A stretch of DNA of 64,000 nucleotides from Kofleriaceae bacterium (lineage in GTDB: Bacteria > Myxococcota_A > Polyangia > Haliangiales > Haliangiaceae). The stretch is taken from NCBI GenBank assembly GCA_046597055.1, contig JBKJLC010000196.1:1-64000 (forward strand), read 5' to 3'. Below are positions 1-9,310 of this stretch, piece by piece. A program made the position numbers and the translations under genes. Numbering within the stretch: the stretch's first letter is position 1; each line of letters starts with the position of its first letter. The notes beneath the pieces are model-generated. The model did no database searches and was not told the DNA's origin. It saw only the letters and a program-made list of their open reading frames with translations.

Positions 1-1
1 C

Positions 2-115
2 TACGACCAGAACCAGACCCGCCTGGTCCGCTCGGGCCCCGACGATCTGTTCCGCTACGAGTTCGGCGAGTTCAACCAGCTCGGCACCAACCTGACCCTG
101 CAGGCGAAGTTCTAG
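2..115 (+). CDS. 3' end of a gene entering from the left edge (YDQNQTRLVRSGPDDLFRYEFGEFNQLGTNLTLQAKF*), possibly an outer-membrane beta-barrel protein
   Basis: Open frame with host-like codon usage ending at TAG 113-115; alternating terminal strand ending in Phe resembles a beta-signal. Confidence 0.55.
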   Translation, partial: YDQNQTRLVRSGPDDLFRYEFGEFNQLGTNLTLQAKF

Positions 116-156
116 CCTCCTGGACCGCCTCGGTCCTTCCGGGGCGCGCTGCGCTC

Positions 157-1056
157 CTATCGCAGCAGCGTGGCGGCGTGACGTGCGAGATCCTCGTCGC
201 GGCCCGCCGCGGCCAGCGCGAGGACGGCGCCCGCCTCGGGCGTACCGAGCGCGGCGAGCTGATCGAGCACCTCGTCGGCGCGCGACGCCTCCGGGTCCTC
301 GACGGCAACCCGCCGGCCGAGGGCGAGCAGCAGCGCGGGTGGACCGTGCGCCAGGGCGTGCCCGATCGCGGCCTGCCACACGCGACGCTGCGGGCTCTGA
401 GCTGCGCGCGCGATGGCTGCGGTCGCGCGCGGGTCATCGAAGCGGGACAGCGCGTCCACGACCTTCTCGCCCAAGGTCCCGTCGAAGTCGTAGGCCGGCG
501 GGGCGTCGACGATCTGCACCAGCGCGTCGACCGCGCGCAGGTCGCCCATGTTGCCGAGAAGCTCGGCTACGTCCTCGTGCAGGTGCCAGCCAACCTCGCT
601 GACCAGCATCGTGCAGAGCAGGGGCAAGGCCTCGGGCGACGGGAACCAGAACATGGTCGCCAGGATGCGCGACACGCGTTCGGGGTCGCTCGTGTCGACG
701 GCGTCGGCAAGCGCCTCGGCGAGGTCGCGCGAAGTCGCACCGGCCCCGCGGAGCCGCACGGCCACGTCTTCGAACGTCCCGCCTGAGGCGCCGGGCGCGT
801 CGAGTGCGGCGAGGACGGGGTTGTGGCTGATGGCGTGATCATCGACGGGAAGGAACTCGAGCTCGGCGTACGACTCTGGCAGGCCTCGCTCCGCCAAGTA
901 GCAGGAGAGGTTGTCTTCGGCTTCGCGAGTCGGCTGGTCGCTGCCGTGCCACATGGAGTCACACTCGTTACAGAGCCAGATCGGCGTGCGATCGCGTTTG
1001 ATAACCGCGGGCAGGACCCAGCCTTGACCACAGTACGGACAGACGAACTTGCGCAT
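157..1056 (-). CDS. N-terminal CxxC...CxxC (zinc-ribbon-like) domain fused to a HEAT-repeat domain
   Basis: ATG at 1056 (MRKFVCPYCGQG...WLCNECDSMW); C-terminal helical repeats (HEDVAELLGNMGDLRAVDAL, VVDALSRFDDPRATAAIARA). The longer 513-aa ORF call overlaps the GT2 gene. Confidence 0.7.
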   Translation of the reverse strand: MRKFVCPYCGQGWVLPAVIKRDRTPIWLCNECDSMWHGSDQPTREAEDNLSCYLAERGLPESYAELEFLPVDDHAISHNPVLAALDAPGASGGTFEDVAVRLRGAGATSRDLAEALADAVDTSDPERVSRILATMFWFPSPEALPLLCTMLVSEVGWHLHEDVAELLGNMGDLRAVDALVQIVDAPPAYDFDGTLGEKVVDALSRFDDPRATAAIARAAQSPQRRVWQAAIGHALAHGPPALLLALGRRVAVEDPEASRADEVLDQLAALGTPEAGAVLALAAAGRDEDLARHAATLLR

Positions 1057-1094
1057 GATGGTGCTCTCCGCGTGAACGGGACGCTGCCACGAAC

Positions 1095-2855
1095 TCAGCC
1101 GGCGGCGGAGTCGCGGTGGGGCAGGACGCCGCCGCGCGGGCCGCGGCGGGTCGGGTCGGTCCAGCCGTCGTAGCCGTTGCGCGTCCACGGCGTGGCGTTC
1201 CAGCCGAGCCAGAACCAGCCGGGCGGGACGTCGCCGTGGCGGAGCGCGCGCCGGGTGAGCCCGACCAGGCGGCACAGGCGGTAGCTCAGGGCGACCCGGC
1301 CGGTGTGCGAGGCGGCCAGCGTCTCCTCGGGCGCGAAGCCCGTGTTCAGGCCGAAGCCGAAGAACTCGCGGCCCATGCCGACGATGGTGGTGGCCAGGTT
1401 GAAGACGGCGTGGAACACGCCGGCCAGCGGCAGCGCCAGCAGCTTGTGCCAGTGACCGCGGATGTCGTGGTCCTGCACCATGGCGAGGAAGGTGGCGGCG
1501 CCGCGCATGACGAAGTTGCTCAGATATCCCAGCGCGACCAGCGACAGCCACGCGGCCGGGCGGTCGACGAACGGCCAGGCGAACAGCGCGACCAGGATGA
1601 TCGCGTGGATGCCGACCAGCAGCACCGCGTCGAGCACGACCCACACGCCGACGTCCCACGCGAAGTACGGCATCCAGCCGAACTTCTGCAGAAGCCACGG
1701 CCGCGACGCGTTCCAGCGGACGCGCTGGCGGAACAGCGCCCGGATCGTGGTCGGGGTCGTGGTGTAGACCCGGGCCAGCGGGTCGTAGGCGATCGGCCGC
1801 ACGAAGAACGACCGGATCAGGCGGCCGAGCGCGTGCAGCGGCGAGCGGGGTAGCTCGAGGTCGAGCCGGCCGCCGCGCCAGCGCGCGCCCATCGCCAGCC
1901 AGGCCAGCCAGGTGTCGTCACCTTCGCCGGCGGTGGCCGCCACGTTGGGCGCTCCGGCGAACCCGGCGAAGCTCGGCGGCGCCTGCCCGATCCACCAGCG
2001 CAGCCAGTCACGCCGGTGCAGGGCCAGCATGAACGTGGCGTGGCGGGCCTGCTGATCGTGGAGCTCGGTCCACGTGCAGTAGAGCGCGCCCGACACCGCG
2101 GTCACCGGCAGGAGCCCGCTGTTGTGGCGGGCGACGCTGATCGACGTCATGTACTCGCGCGCGACTTGGAGCGCGAGCTGGCCGCGCACCGTGAAGAACG
2201 TGCGCCAGCCTTGCCAGTAGTGGGCGCGGCGGACCAGCACGTTCGACGCGACGATGATCGGGCGCTGCCGGGTCCAGCGACCAGGCGCGAGCAGCTTGGC
2301 GGCCATGCGCTCGAGGGCGCCGGCGCCCAGCGCGCTGTCGGCGTCCATGTTGAAGAAGACCGTCGGCACGCTGGCGATCTCGCCGGCGGCGGCCGCGGCC
2401 TGGGCGCGGTGCAGCCCGGCCGCGACCGCGACGCCCTTGCCGGCACGGCGCGCGGTCCGCGCTACCAGGATCGTCGTCGTGCCCCGCGGCTGGCGCGCCC
2501 AGCGCTCGAGCTCGCGGACCAGCCGGTCGTGGTCGTCGCTGCCGTCGATCGACAGGCACAGCACGACCGGGCCGGGATAGTGATTGTCGACCACCGAGGC
2601 CGCGGCCGCGTGGAGATCGGCGAGGTCGTCGCGACCGCGCAGGAGCGACGGGATGACCACCAGGATCGCCGGCGCTTGCGCGGGCGCGAAGCCACCGAAC
2701 GGCGGGGTCAGGCGCGCGGTGCGCGCCAGCGCGGCCAGCCACACGCCGAGGTACGACGACTGATAGAGGATCATCCCGATCAGGAACGGCTTCCACAGGG
2801 TGCCGAGGATCTCGATGCCGTCGGCACGGCCGATGCTCCACAGGAGCGCGTCCAT
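1095..2855 (-). CDS. Processive family 2 glycosyltransferase (polysaccharide synthase, PgaC/NodC/hyaluronan synthase-like)
   Basis: N-terminal TM; motifs SIDGS, AGKG, NMDADS (DxD), REY, AVSGAL, GEGDDT, RQRVRW (QxxRW); several C-terminal TM helices. Confidence 0.85.
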   Translation of the reverse strand: MDALLWSIGRADGIEILGTLWKPFLIGMILYQSSYLGVWLAALARTARLTPPFGGFAPAQAPAILVVIPSLLRGRDDLADLHAAAASVVDNHYPGPVVLCLSIDGSDDHDRLVRELERWARQPRGTTTILVARTARRAGKGVAVAAGLHRAQAAAAAGEIASVPTVFFNMDADSALGAGALERMAAKLLAPGRWTRQRPIIVASNVLVRRAHYWQGWRTFFTVRGQLALQVAREYMTSISVARHNSGLLPVTAVSGALYCTWTELHDQQARHATFMLALHRRDWLRWWIGQAPPSFAGFAGAPNVAATAGEGDDTWLAWLAMGARWRGGRLDLELPRSPLHALGRLIRSFFVRPIAYDPLARVYTTTPTTIRALFRQRVRWNASRPWLLQKFGWMPYFAWDVGVWVVLDAVLLVGIHAIILVALFAWPFVDRPAAWLSLVALGYLSNFVMRGAATFLAMVQDHDIRGHWHKLLALPLAGVFHAVFNLATTIVGMGREFFGFGLNTGFAPEETLAASHTGRVALSYRLCRLVGLTRRALRHGDVPPGWFWLGWNATPWTRNGYDGWTDPTRRGPRGGVLPHRDSAAG

Positions 2856-2864
2856 GGCGGACCG

Positions 2865-4091
2865 CTACCGCCGCACCCGCAGCACGCGCTCGCGGATGGC
2901 GTCGGTGTCGGCCAGCGCGAGGATCGCGAACTGGCCGCGGGCCATTTCGCCCCACGGATCCTGGGTGACCACCTCGCCCGGAAGGATCTCGGTGATCCGG
3001 CCGACCTCGTGGCAGCGGAACACCGCCCACGTGCAGTCCATGATGCGGGCCCCGGGCTGGACGCCGGCGAGCTGGTCGTACGGGACGAAGGCGATGTCGG
3101 TTGCGTTGGTCATCGCCCGGTACAGCGGGCGACCCTCGAGCTCGGCCAGCAGCGCGCGCTGGGTCGCCACGCTGGCGACCGCGGCCGCGCGCAGGGCCCG
3201 GTGGCCACGCTGCTCGGCGAGCAACTTCTGGATCTCGAGTTCGACCCGGGCGGCGTGCTCCTCGCCGGCGGCGACCTCGGGCATCTGGCCGACCGCGGGA
3301 GCGCCGCCCTGGCCCGTGCCGGCCCGGAGCGCGCGCAGCGCGGCCCGGTTGTGGGTGCGGAGCACCGTCGCCTCGGCCAGCTGCCGCTCGAGCTCGATCC
3401 GCTCCAGCTCGAGCTGGTCGCGGATCTGCTCCTCCCGGTCGAACGCCGCCCGATCGATGACGCCGGCGTCGAGGTCGGCGCGGGCGCGCGCGACCAGCGT
3501 GACCTGGCGGGTGTGCAGCTTGCCGAGCTGCACGATCTGGCGGCGGAGCAGGCCGGTGGCCGAGTCGAGGCCGCCGGCCTCGACCCGGCTGTGCTCGGCC
3601 TGCCAGGCCAGGGTCGCCTGCGAGCTGCCGCGCAGCTCGGACAGCCGGGCGACCGCGGTGTCGATCGCCTCGAGCTCGCCGTCGAGGCGGGTGACCTCGG
3701 CGTCGAGGCGGGCCTGCTCGGCCAGGGAACGCTGGTGCTGGAGCCGCAGCTGGGCGACCACCTCGCTCTGCGGCGACAGGTGGAGGGGCGCGATCCAGGC
3801 GTCGGTGAGCACCAGGTAGACCTGGGCGCCCGCCCACACCAGGCCGACCAGGGTCGCGATCAGGAGGGTGAGCGCGAACAGCCGGCCGCTCCACGACCGG
3901 CCCGGGGCCGCGTGGGTGGCGCCCGACAGCTCGGTGGTAGTGGTGACCACCGGCGTGTTCCACTGATCGTCGTCGGCCACCGACCGCGGCTCGACCAGGG
4001 CGATCCGGGCGGTGAAGTCGGCATCGACCGCGGTGGGCTCGTCGCTGAAGTCGGCGATGCGAAGGCGATGGCTACTCATGCTGCTGGTCAT
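2865..4091 (-). CDS. Single-TM coiled-coil protein with C-terminal beta domain, membrane-fusion/periplasmic-adaptor-like
   Basis: One TM (LFALTLLIATLVGLVWAG), long heptad-rich helical region, C-terminal IAFVPYDQLAGVQPG...VGRITEILPG; ATGA overlap with the upstream gene. Confidence 0.65.
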   Translation of the reverse strand: MTSSMSSHRLRIADFSDEPTAVDADFTARIALVEPRSVADDDQWNTPVVTTTTELSGATHAAPGRSWSGRLFALTLLIATLVGLVWAGAQVYLVLTDAWIAPLHLSPQSEVVAQLRLQHQRSLAEQARLDAEVTRLDGELEAIDTAVARLSELRGSSQATLAWQAEHSRVEAGGLDSATGLLRRQIVQLGKLHTRQVTLVARARADLDAGVIDRAAFDREEQIRDQLELERIELERQLAEATVLRTHNRAALRALRAGTGQGGAPAVGQMPEVAAGEEHAARVELEIQKLLAEQRGHRALRAAAVASVATQRALLAELEGRPLYRAMTNATDIAFVPYDQLAGVQPGARIMDCTWAVFRCHEVGRITEILPGEVVTQDPWGEMARGQFAILALADTDAIRERVLRVRR

Positions 4092-5188
4092 GGCGTGACT
4101 CCGGCAAGGGCGCGGCGGGCGGTGGCGAGGGCAACTACCGATGCGCGATGCGCGCCCAGCTCGATCCGCGCCACCGTCACGCGCGCGCGCAGCTGACGGG
4201 CGGCGTCGCCGTCGAGGCCGCCGAGGCGGGCGTGTTCGGTGGCGAGCTCGGCGAGCTCGGTGTCGAGGTCCTGTTGTTCGTGATCGAGCTCGGTGACGCT
4301 GTCGCGCATCGCGGTGCGCAGCCGATCGAGCTGGATCGCGACCCCACGCGGGTCACGATCGAGCTCGTCGGCCCGGGCCGCCACCACCTGGCGCTCGGCC
4401 CGGCGTTGCCAGGGCTGCCCGAAGGAGTAGCCGACCGCGGCCACGGCGTACCAGTCGGTACGCTCGCCGCCGGCGACCCCGGCGCGCACGTCGAAGCGCC
4501 ACGCCGCTAGCGTGCGGACGTCACCGCGCCGGCGCTCGGCGTCGAGCGCGGCGCGACGGTAGTCGGTGGCCAGGCGATCGAGCCGGGCCGGCGCGATCAC
4601 GTCGCCGTCGAGCGCCTCGAGCAGGGCCCGGGTCTGGCGCAGCTCGGCGACCCGGGCGCGGAGGCCGGTGCGGCGGGTGCGCAGGTCGTCGACCTCGAGC
4701 GCGGTGGCGCGCTGGCGCTCGAACCGCGCCGCGACCTCGGTGATCAGGGCGTCGATCTCGGGCAGGTGCTGGTCGAGGTACGCCAGCTCGGCGCGGGTGG
4801 CGGCGAGCTGCCCGTAGCGAGCGCCGACCGTGAGCACGTCGTCGAGCCGGTCGCCGATGGCGATCCGAGCGCACTCGGCGGCCGCAACCCGCTGCACCGC
4901 GCGGCCGCGCAGCATGTCGACCGGCGACAGCGCCAGGGCGACCCGGGCCTGCAGGCCGTCGCTCGCGCGCGCGGCCGGATCGGTGGCGTCGATCACGATC
5001 GGCGCGCGCGCGCCCTCGAGCTCGAGCCGGGGCGCGTAGAGCAGCGCCGCCTCCGAACGCGCTTCGGCGCGCAGGCGGTCACAGGTCGCGGCGCCCACGT
5101 CTGCACTGGCAGAGGCGGTGGCGGCAGCGAGCAGGAGCGGGACGACGACGGACGATGAGAGACTGAAGGGGTGTGACTGCGGCGACAA
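4088..5188 (-). CDS. Exported alpha-helical protein, outer-membrane efflux (TolC)-like
   Basis: Probable TTG start at 5188 after GGAG; signal-peptide-like VVVPLLLAAATASASA; two repeats of beta-hairpin plus long helices (PRLELEG...LQARVALALSP; WRFDVRAG...WYAVAAVGYSF). Confidence 0.55.
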   Translation of the reverse strand: MSPQSHPFSLSSSVVVPLLLAAATASASADVGAATCDRLRAEARSEAALLYAPRLELEGARAPIVIDATDPAARASDGLQARVALALSPVDMLRGRAVQRVAAAECARIAIGDRLDDVLTVGARYGQLAATRAELAYLDQHLPEIDALITEVAARFERQRATALEVDDLRTRRTGLRARVAELRQTRALLEALDGDVIAPARLDRLATDYRRAALDAERRRGDVRTLAAWRFDVRAGVAGGERTDWYAVAAVGYSFGQPWQRRAERQVVAARADELDRDPRGVAIQLDRLRTAMRDSVTELDHEQQDLDTELAELATEHARLGGLDGDAARQLRARVTVARIELGAHRASVVALATARRALAGVTP

Positions 5189-5616
5189 GGCGAGACTCCG
5201 TGACCACGAAACGGCAGCGCGATGCGATCGCGCTCGCCGTTCGGGTTGTTCCCGTAACACCCGAGCCTCGAGAATGAGCCTGGCAAAGTATGTCTAACTC
5301 CGTCGAATCACGTTCTTTCCGGTCAGACGCAACCAGCGCGGACGGTGCACGATAGGCGGGCGCTTCGCGAGCATGACTGACCGGCACCGGCGCCTCGATC
5401 GCGTGATCCGGACAGCCGATCTCGAACACGACAACGAAGGTGCGCTGGAGATCGACAATCGCCGGGACGACCTGCCGGCCGCGCCGCCGGCGCGCGCCTC
5501 GAGTCGGGCCGGGCGTCCGGGGGGGCGACCCGGCGCGGCGACCGGCCCGCAGCGCCTGACATGGACTGTGAGGACGGTCGTCAGACCCGCGGCGGGGGGG
5601 AGGCGTCGGCGAGAGG

Positions 5617-6414
5617 ATGTTCGACCGCGTCATCGAGAAGCCCCGCCCGCGCCCCTGGACCACCGTCGTCATCATCGGATCTGCGATCGCCCACGGGCTG
5701 GCGCTGGCTGTGTTGATCGTGGCGGGGATGTGGAAGATCGACAAGTTGCAGTACACGAACACCACCGACATCACGTTCTCGCCGCGACCGCCCCCGGGCG
5801 ACGCCGGGCGCGCACCGGGCAAGAAGCTCGACGTCCTGCGGCCCAAGGTGGTGACGCTGGAGAAGAAGGTCGTGAAGGACACCCAGCCAGCGCTCCTGGC
5901 CGCGGTGGTTCCGCCGGTCGCGGCCACCCCGCCCGACGCGGCGCCGGGCGACGGCGACGGTCCCGGCGATGGCCCGGGCGACGGCGACGGGCCTGACGGC
6001 GACGGGACCACCGGGACCGGCGACTGTCCGGTCGCGCCCTGCGCGCCCGACCGGACCGGCGACGAGCCGGCCGAGCCGGACGTGGTCCCGGACGTGGTCA
6101 AGCCGGTCAACCTGCCACCGCAGGTGGCGCGCGGTTTGCGCATCAGTGGCAACGAGAAGATCTATCCGCCCGAGTCGGTGAAGGTCGACATGCTCCACCA
6201 GGGCAAGGACACGCTCCAGGGCACGTTCCAGATCTGCGTCGGCACCCGCGGGCTGATCGAGAGCGTGCGGATCATGAAGTCGACCGGGTACCGCTCCTAC
6301 GACGACGAGCTGACCGGCGAGATGCGCCAGTGGCGGTACCGCCCGTACCTGGTCGGCGGGTTGGCCTCGCCGATGTGCGCGGTCGAGGTGGTCGTGTTCC
6401 GCATGCGCAAGTAG
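5617..6414 (+). CDS. TonB family energy transducer protein
   Basis: N-terminal TM with SxxxH (GSAIAHGL); Pro/Gly/Asp-rich linker; TonB-C-like YP...G...ICVGTRG...STGY...QWRYRP. Confidence 0.8.
   Translation: MFDRVIEKPRPRPWTTVVIIGSAIAHGLALAVLIVAGMWKIDKLQYTNTTDITFSPRPPPGDAGRAPGKKLDVLRPKVVTLEKKVVKDTQPALLAAVVPPVAATPPDAAPGDGDGPGDGPGDGDGPDGDGTTGTGDCPVAPCAPDRTGDEPAEPDVVPDVVKPVNLPPQVARGLRISGNEKIYPPESVKVDMLHQGKDTLQGTFQICVGTRGLIESVRIMKSTGYRSYDDELTGEMRQWRYRPYLVGGLASPMCAVEVVVFRMRK
5947..6006 (+). repeat. Low-complexity GD/GP coding repeat (GDGDGPGDGPGDGDGPDGDG) in the TonB linker
   Basis: Imperfect GGCGAC/GGCCCG repeats in frame. Confidence 0.6.
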
Positions 6415-6496
6415 GACAGTGGCGGCGATCGGTCGGCCGCCTGATGGCCGACGGCGCGGATCGTGACGGTGGTATACCGCCGGCGTGCGAGGTCCC

Positions 6497-9304
6497 ATGC
6501 CGAACGTCCATCCGCGCTCCGCCCTGCTGATTGCACTCATCCCGTCGCTGGTCGCCTGTGGCACTGCCCGCGTCGCCGAGCCACCGGCCCGGCCGATCGC
6601 GTCGGTGGTGGCGGTCACACCGCCGCCCACCACGGCCGAGGCGACGGCCGCGGCGCCACCGGCGCCGGTGAAGATCCGGTCGGTCGAGGGCATCGACGAG
6701 TACGTGCTCGGCAACGGCATGTCCGTGCTGCTGTTCCCCGATGCCACCCAGTCGACGGTGACGGTGAACATCACCTACTTCGTCGGCTCGAAGCACGAGG
6801 GCTTCGGCGAGACCGGCATGGCGCACCTGCTCGAGCACATGCTGTTCAAGGGCACGCCGCGTCATCGCAACGTGCTGAAGCTGCTCGACGAACGCGGCGG
6901 GTTCGCCAACGGCACGACCTGGACCGATCGCACCAACTACTACGAGACCTTGCCGGCCACCGCCGCCAACCTGACGTGGGCGCTCGGCCTCGAGGCCGAT
7001 CGCATGCTCCACGCCTCGATCTCGGACGACGACCTGAAGACCGAGTTCAGCGTGGTCCGCAACGAGCTCGAGATCGGCGAGAACGATCCGGCCGCGATCC
7101 TCGAGGAGCGCGTGGTCTCGACCGCGTACCTCTGGCACAACTACGGCAAGTCGACGATCGGCTCGCGCAGCGACGTCGAGAACGTCCCGACCACCCGGCT
7201 GCGCATCTTCTACCAGCAGTACTACCAGCCCGACAACGCGATGCTGGTGGTCGCCGGCAAGTTCGACCCGGCGATGGCGCTCGACGAGATCAACCGTAGC
7301 TTCGGCGTGCTGCCCCGACCGACCCGCACGCTGCCACCGAGCTACACGGTCGAGCCGGTCCAGGATGGCGAGCGCTCGGTCACCCTGCGCCGCACCGGCG
7401 ACGTGCACCTGGTGCTCGCGCTCTACCACGCGGTCGCCGCCGCCGATCCCGACCACGTCGCGTTCGACGCGCTCGAGGACCTCCTGACCGGCGAGCCGAG
7501 TGGTCGGCTCTACCGCAAGCTGGTCGAGCCCGGCCTCGCCTCCAACGTCGATGGCAGCCACTACCTCTGGCGCGACCCGACCTTCCTGGCGATCCGGCTC
7601 CGCGCCAAGGACGGCGCCGCCGTCGCCAAGGCCCGGTCTGCGGCGCTCGGCGTGATCGAGGGCTTCGCCAAGCAGCCGGTCACCACCGCCGAGGTCGAGC
7701 GCTGGAAGGCCCGGAGGCTCAAGGAGCTCGCGATGCTGGCCAGCGACAGCCGGCGCGTCGCGGTCGACCTGTCGGAGTGGGCGGCCGCCGGCGACTGGCG
7801 GCTGCTGTTCGTCTACCGCGATCGGGTCAAGGCGCTCACCGCCGCCGACGTGCAGCGGGTCGCGCTCGCCTACCTCAAGCCATCGAACCGCACCCTCGGT
7901 GAGTTCATCCCGACCCCGGCGCCGGATCGGGCCCCGTCGCCACGCGCGGTCGACGTCGGGGCGGCGGTCGCGACCATCGCCGCCGGCATGACCGACGACG
8001 GCGAGGCGTTCGTCGCCAGCCTCGACAACCTGACCGCGCGCACCACGATGCGCCAGCTGGCCGGCGGACTGCGCGCCGCGTTCCTGGCCAAGAAGACCCG
8101 CGGCAACAAGGTCGTGCTCACGCTGACCTTCCGGCACGGCGATGCGACGTCGCTGGTCGGCAAGCGCGAGATCGCGGCGCTGACCGCGGCCCTGGTCGAG
8201 CGCGGGACCCGGGGCAAGAGCTTCGAGCAGCTCGAGGACGCCAAGAACGCGCTGACCGCGAACGTCGATATCGGCGGTGGCGCCGGCGCCATCAGCGTGC
8301 GCATCAAGACCGTTCGCACCTCGCTGCCAGCCGTCATCGACCTGCTCGCCGAGGTCCTGCAGCAGCCGGCGCTCAAGCCGGCCGAGCTCGAGGTGGTTCG
8401 GCGTCAGGCGCTCGCGGACCTGGAGGAGCAGCGCCAGGACCCCAACGCGGTGGCGTACAACCGCTTCCTGCGGCTGCTGGCGCCGTGGCCGAAGTCGGAC
8501 GTGCGCGCCACGCCGACCCTCGATGAGGAGGTCCGGTCGCTCAAGGCGGTCACCATCGGCCAGATCCGCGCCTACCATCAGACCTTCTGGGGCGCCGGCG
8601 ATGGCGAGATCGTGGCGGTCGGCGACTTCGACTCCGACGCGCTCGCCACCCAGCTCGAGCGCCACTTCGGCGGCTGGAAGCGCAAGGCCAGCTACGCTCG
8701 CCTGGTCGACCGGACCTTCGGAGCGGCCCCGGTGACCGAGCAGCTCGACACCAAGGACAAGGAGATGGCGATCATCGTCGGGGGCCACGACGTCGCGCTG
8801 CGCGACGACCATGTCGACATGCCCGCGCTGATCCTCGCGTCGCATGTTTTTGGCGATTCGAGCGCCTCGCGCTTGTGGATGCGGCTGCGCGAGAAAGAAG
8901 GCCTCTCCTACAGCACCTGGGGCTACATCAGCCCCGGTCAGCTCGACCCGGTCGGCCAGGTCGGCTTCGCCGCGATGCTCGCGCCGCAGAACCTCGGCAA
9001 GGGCAAGGCCGCGCTCCTCGAGGAGCTGGCGCGGCTCATCAAGGACGGCGTCACCGACGCCGAGGTCAACGCCGCCCGGGTCGCGTGGCGCGAGCAGCAG
9101 GACAACCTGCTCGCGAACGACGAGCGGCTGGTCAGCGTGCTGGCCCGCGACCGCTTCCTCGGCCGCGACTTCGCCTGGCACCAGGACCTGCGAGCGCGGG
9201 TGGCCAAGGTCACCGCCGCCGACGTCAACCGCGTGCTGAAGACCTGGCTCACGCCCGACCGCCTGATCATCGTGTCGGCCGGCGACCTGTCGAAGACCAA
9301 GTAG
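6497..9304 (+). CDS. M16 family zinc metallopeptidase (pitrilysin-like), probable lipoprotein
   Basis: Inverted zinc motif HLLEH; ANGTTWTDRTNYYE; RLREKEGLSY; lipobox LVAC. Confidence 0.93.
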   Translation: MPNVHPRSALLIALIPSLVACGTARVAEPPARPIASVVAVTPPPTTAEATAAAPPAPVKIRSVEGIDEYVLGNGMSVLLFPDATQSTVTVNITYFVGSKHEGFGETGMAHLLEHMLFKGTPRHRNVLKLLDERGGFANGTTWTDRTNYYETLPATAANLTWALGLEADRMLHASISDDDLKTEFSVVRNELEIGENDPAAILEERVVSTAYLWHNYGKSTIGSRSDVENVPTTRLRIFYQQYYQPDNAMLVVAGKFDPAMALDEINRSFGVLPRPTRTLPPSYTVEPVQDGERSVTLRRTGDVHLVLALYHAVAAADPDHVAFDALEDLLTGEPSGRLYRKLVEPGLASNVDGSHYLWRDPTFLAIRLRAKDGAAVAKARSAALGVIEGFAKQPVTTAEVERWKARRLKELAMLASDSRRVAVDLSEWAAAGDWRLLFVYRDRVKALTAADVQRVALAYLKPSNRTLGEFIPTPAPDRAPSPRAVDVGAAVATIAAGMTDDGEAFVASLDNLTARTTMRQLAGGLRAAFLAKKTRGNKVVLTLTFRHGDATSLVGKREIAALTAALVERGTRGKSFEQLEDAKNALTANVDIGGGAGAISVRIKTVRTSLPAVIDLLAEVLQQPALKPAELEVVRRQALADLEEQRQDPNAVAYNRFLRLLAPWPKSDVRATPTLDEEVRSLKAVTIGQIRAYHQTFWGAGDGEIVAVGDFDSDALATQLERHFGGWKRKASYARLVDRTFGAAPVTEQLDTKDKEMAIIVGGHDVALRDDHVDMPALILASHVFGDSSASRLWMRLREKEGLSYSTWGYISPGQLDPVGQVGFAAMLAPQNLGKGKAALLEELARLIKDGVTDAEVNAARVAWREQQDNLLANDERLVSVLARDRFLGRDFAWHQDLRARVAKVTAADVNRVLKTWLTPDRLIIVSAGDLSKTK

Positions 9305-9310
9305 CCGGCC

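Noticed and set aside
5278..5345. GGCAAA...GACGCAA resembling a c-di-GMP-I riboswitch near the GT2 operon
   Set aside because: No GNRA-capped P2 stem or downstream P3 pairing; it is also on the wrong strand for the GT2 operon
5373..5616. Possible small gene starting at ATG 5373 in the gap before tonB
   Set aside because: The frame runs on into Arg/Gly-rich shadow sequence overlapping tonB, with no RBS or motif support
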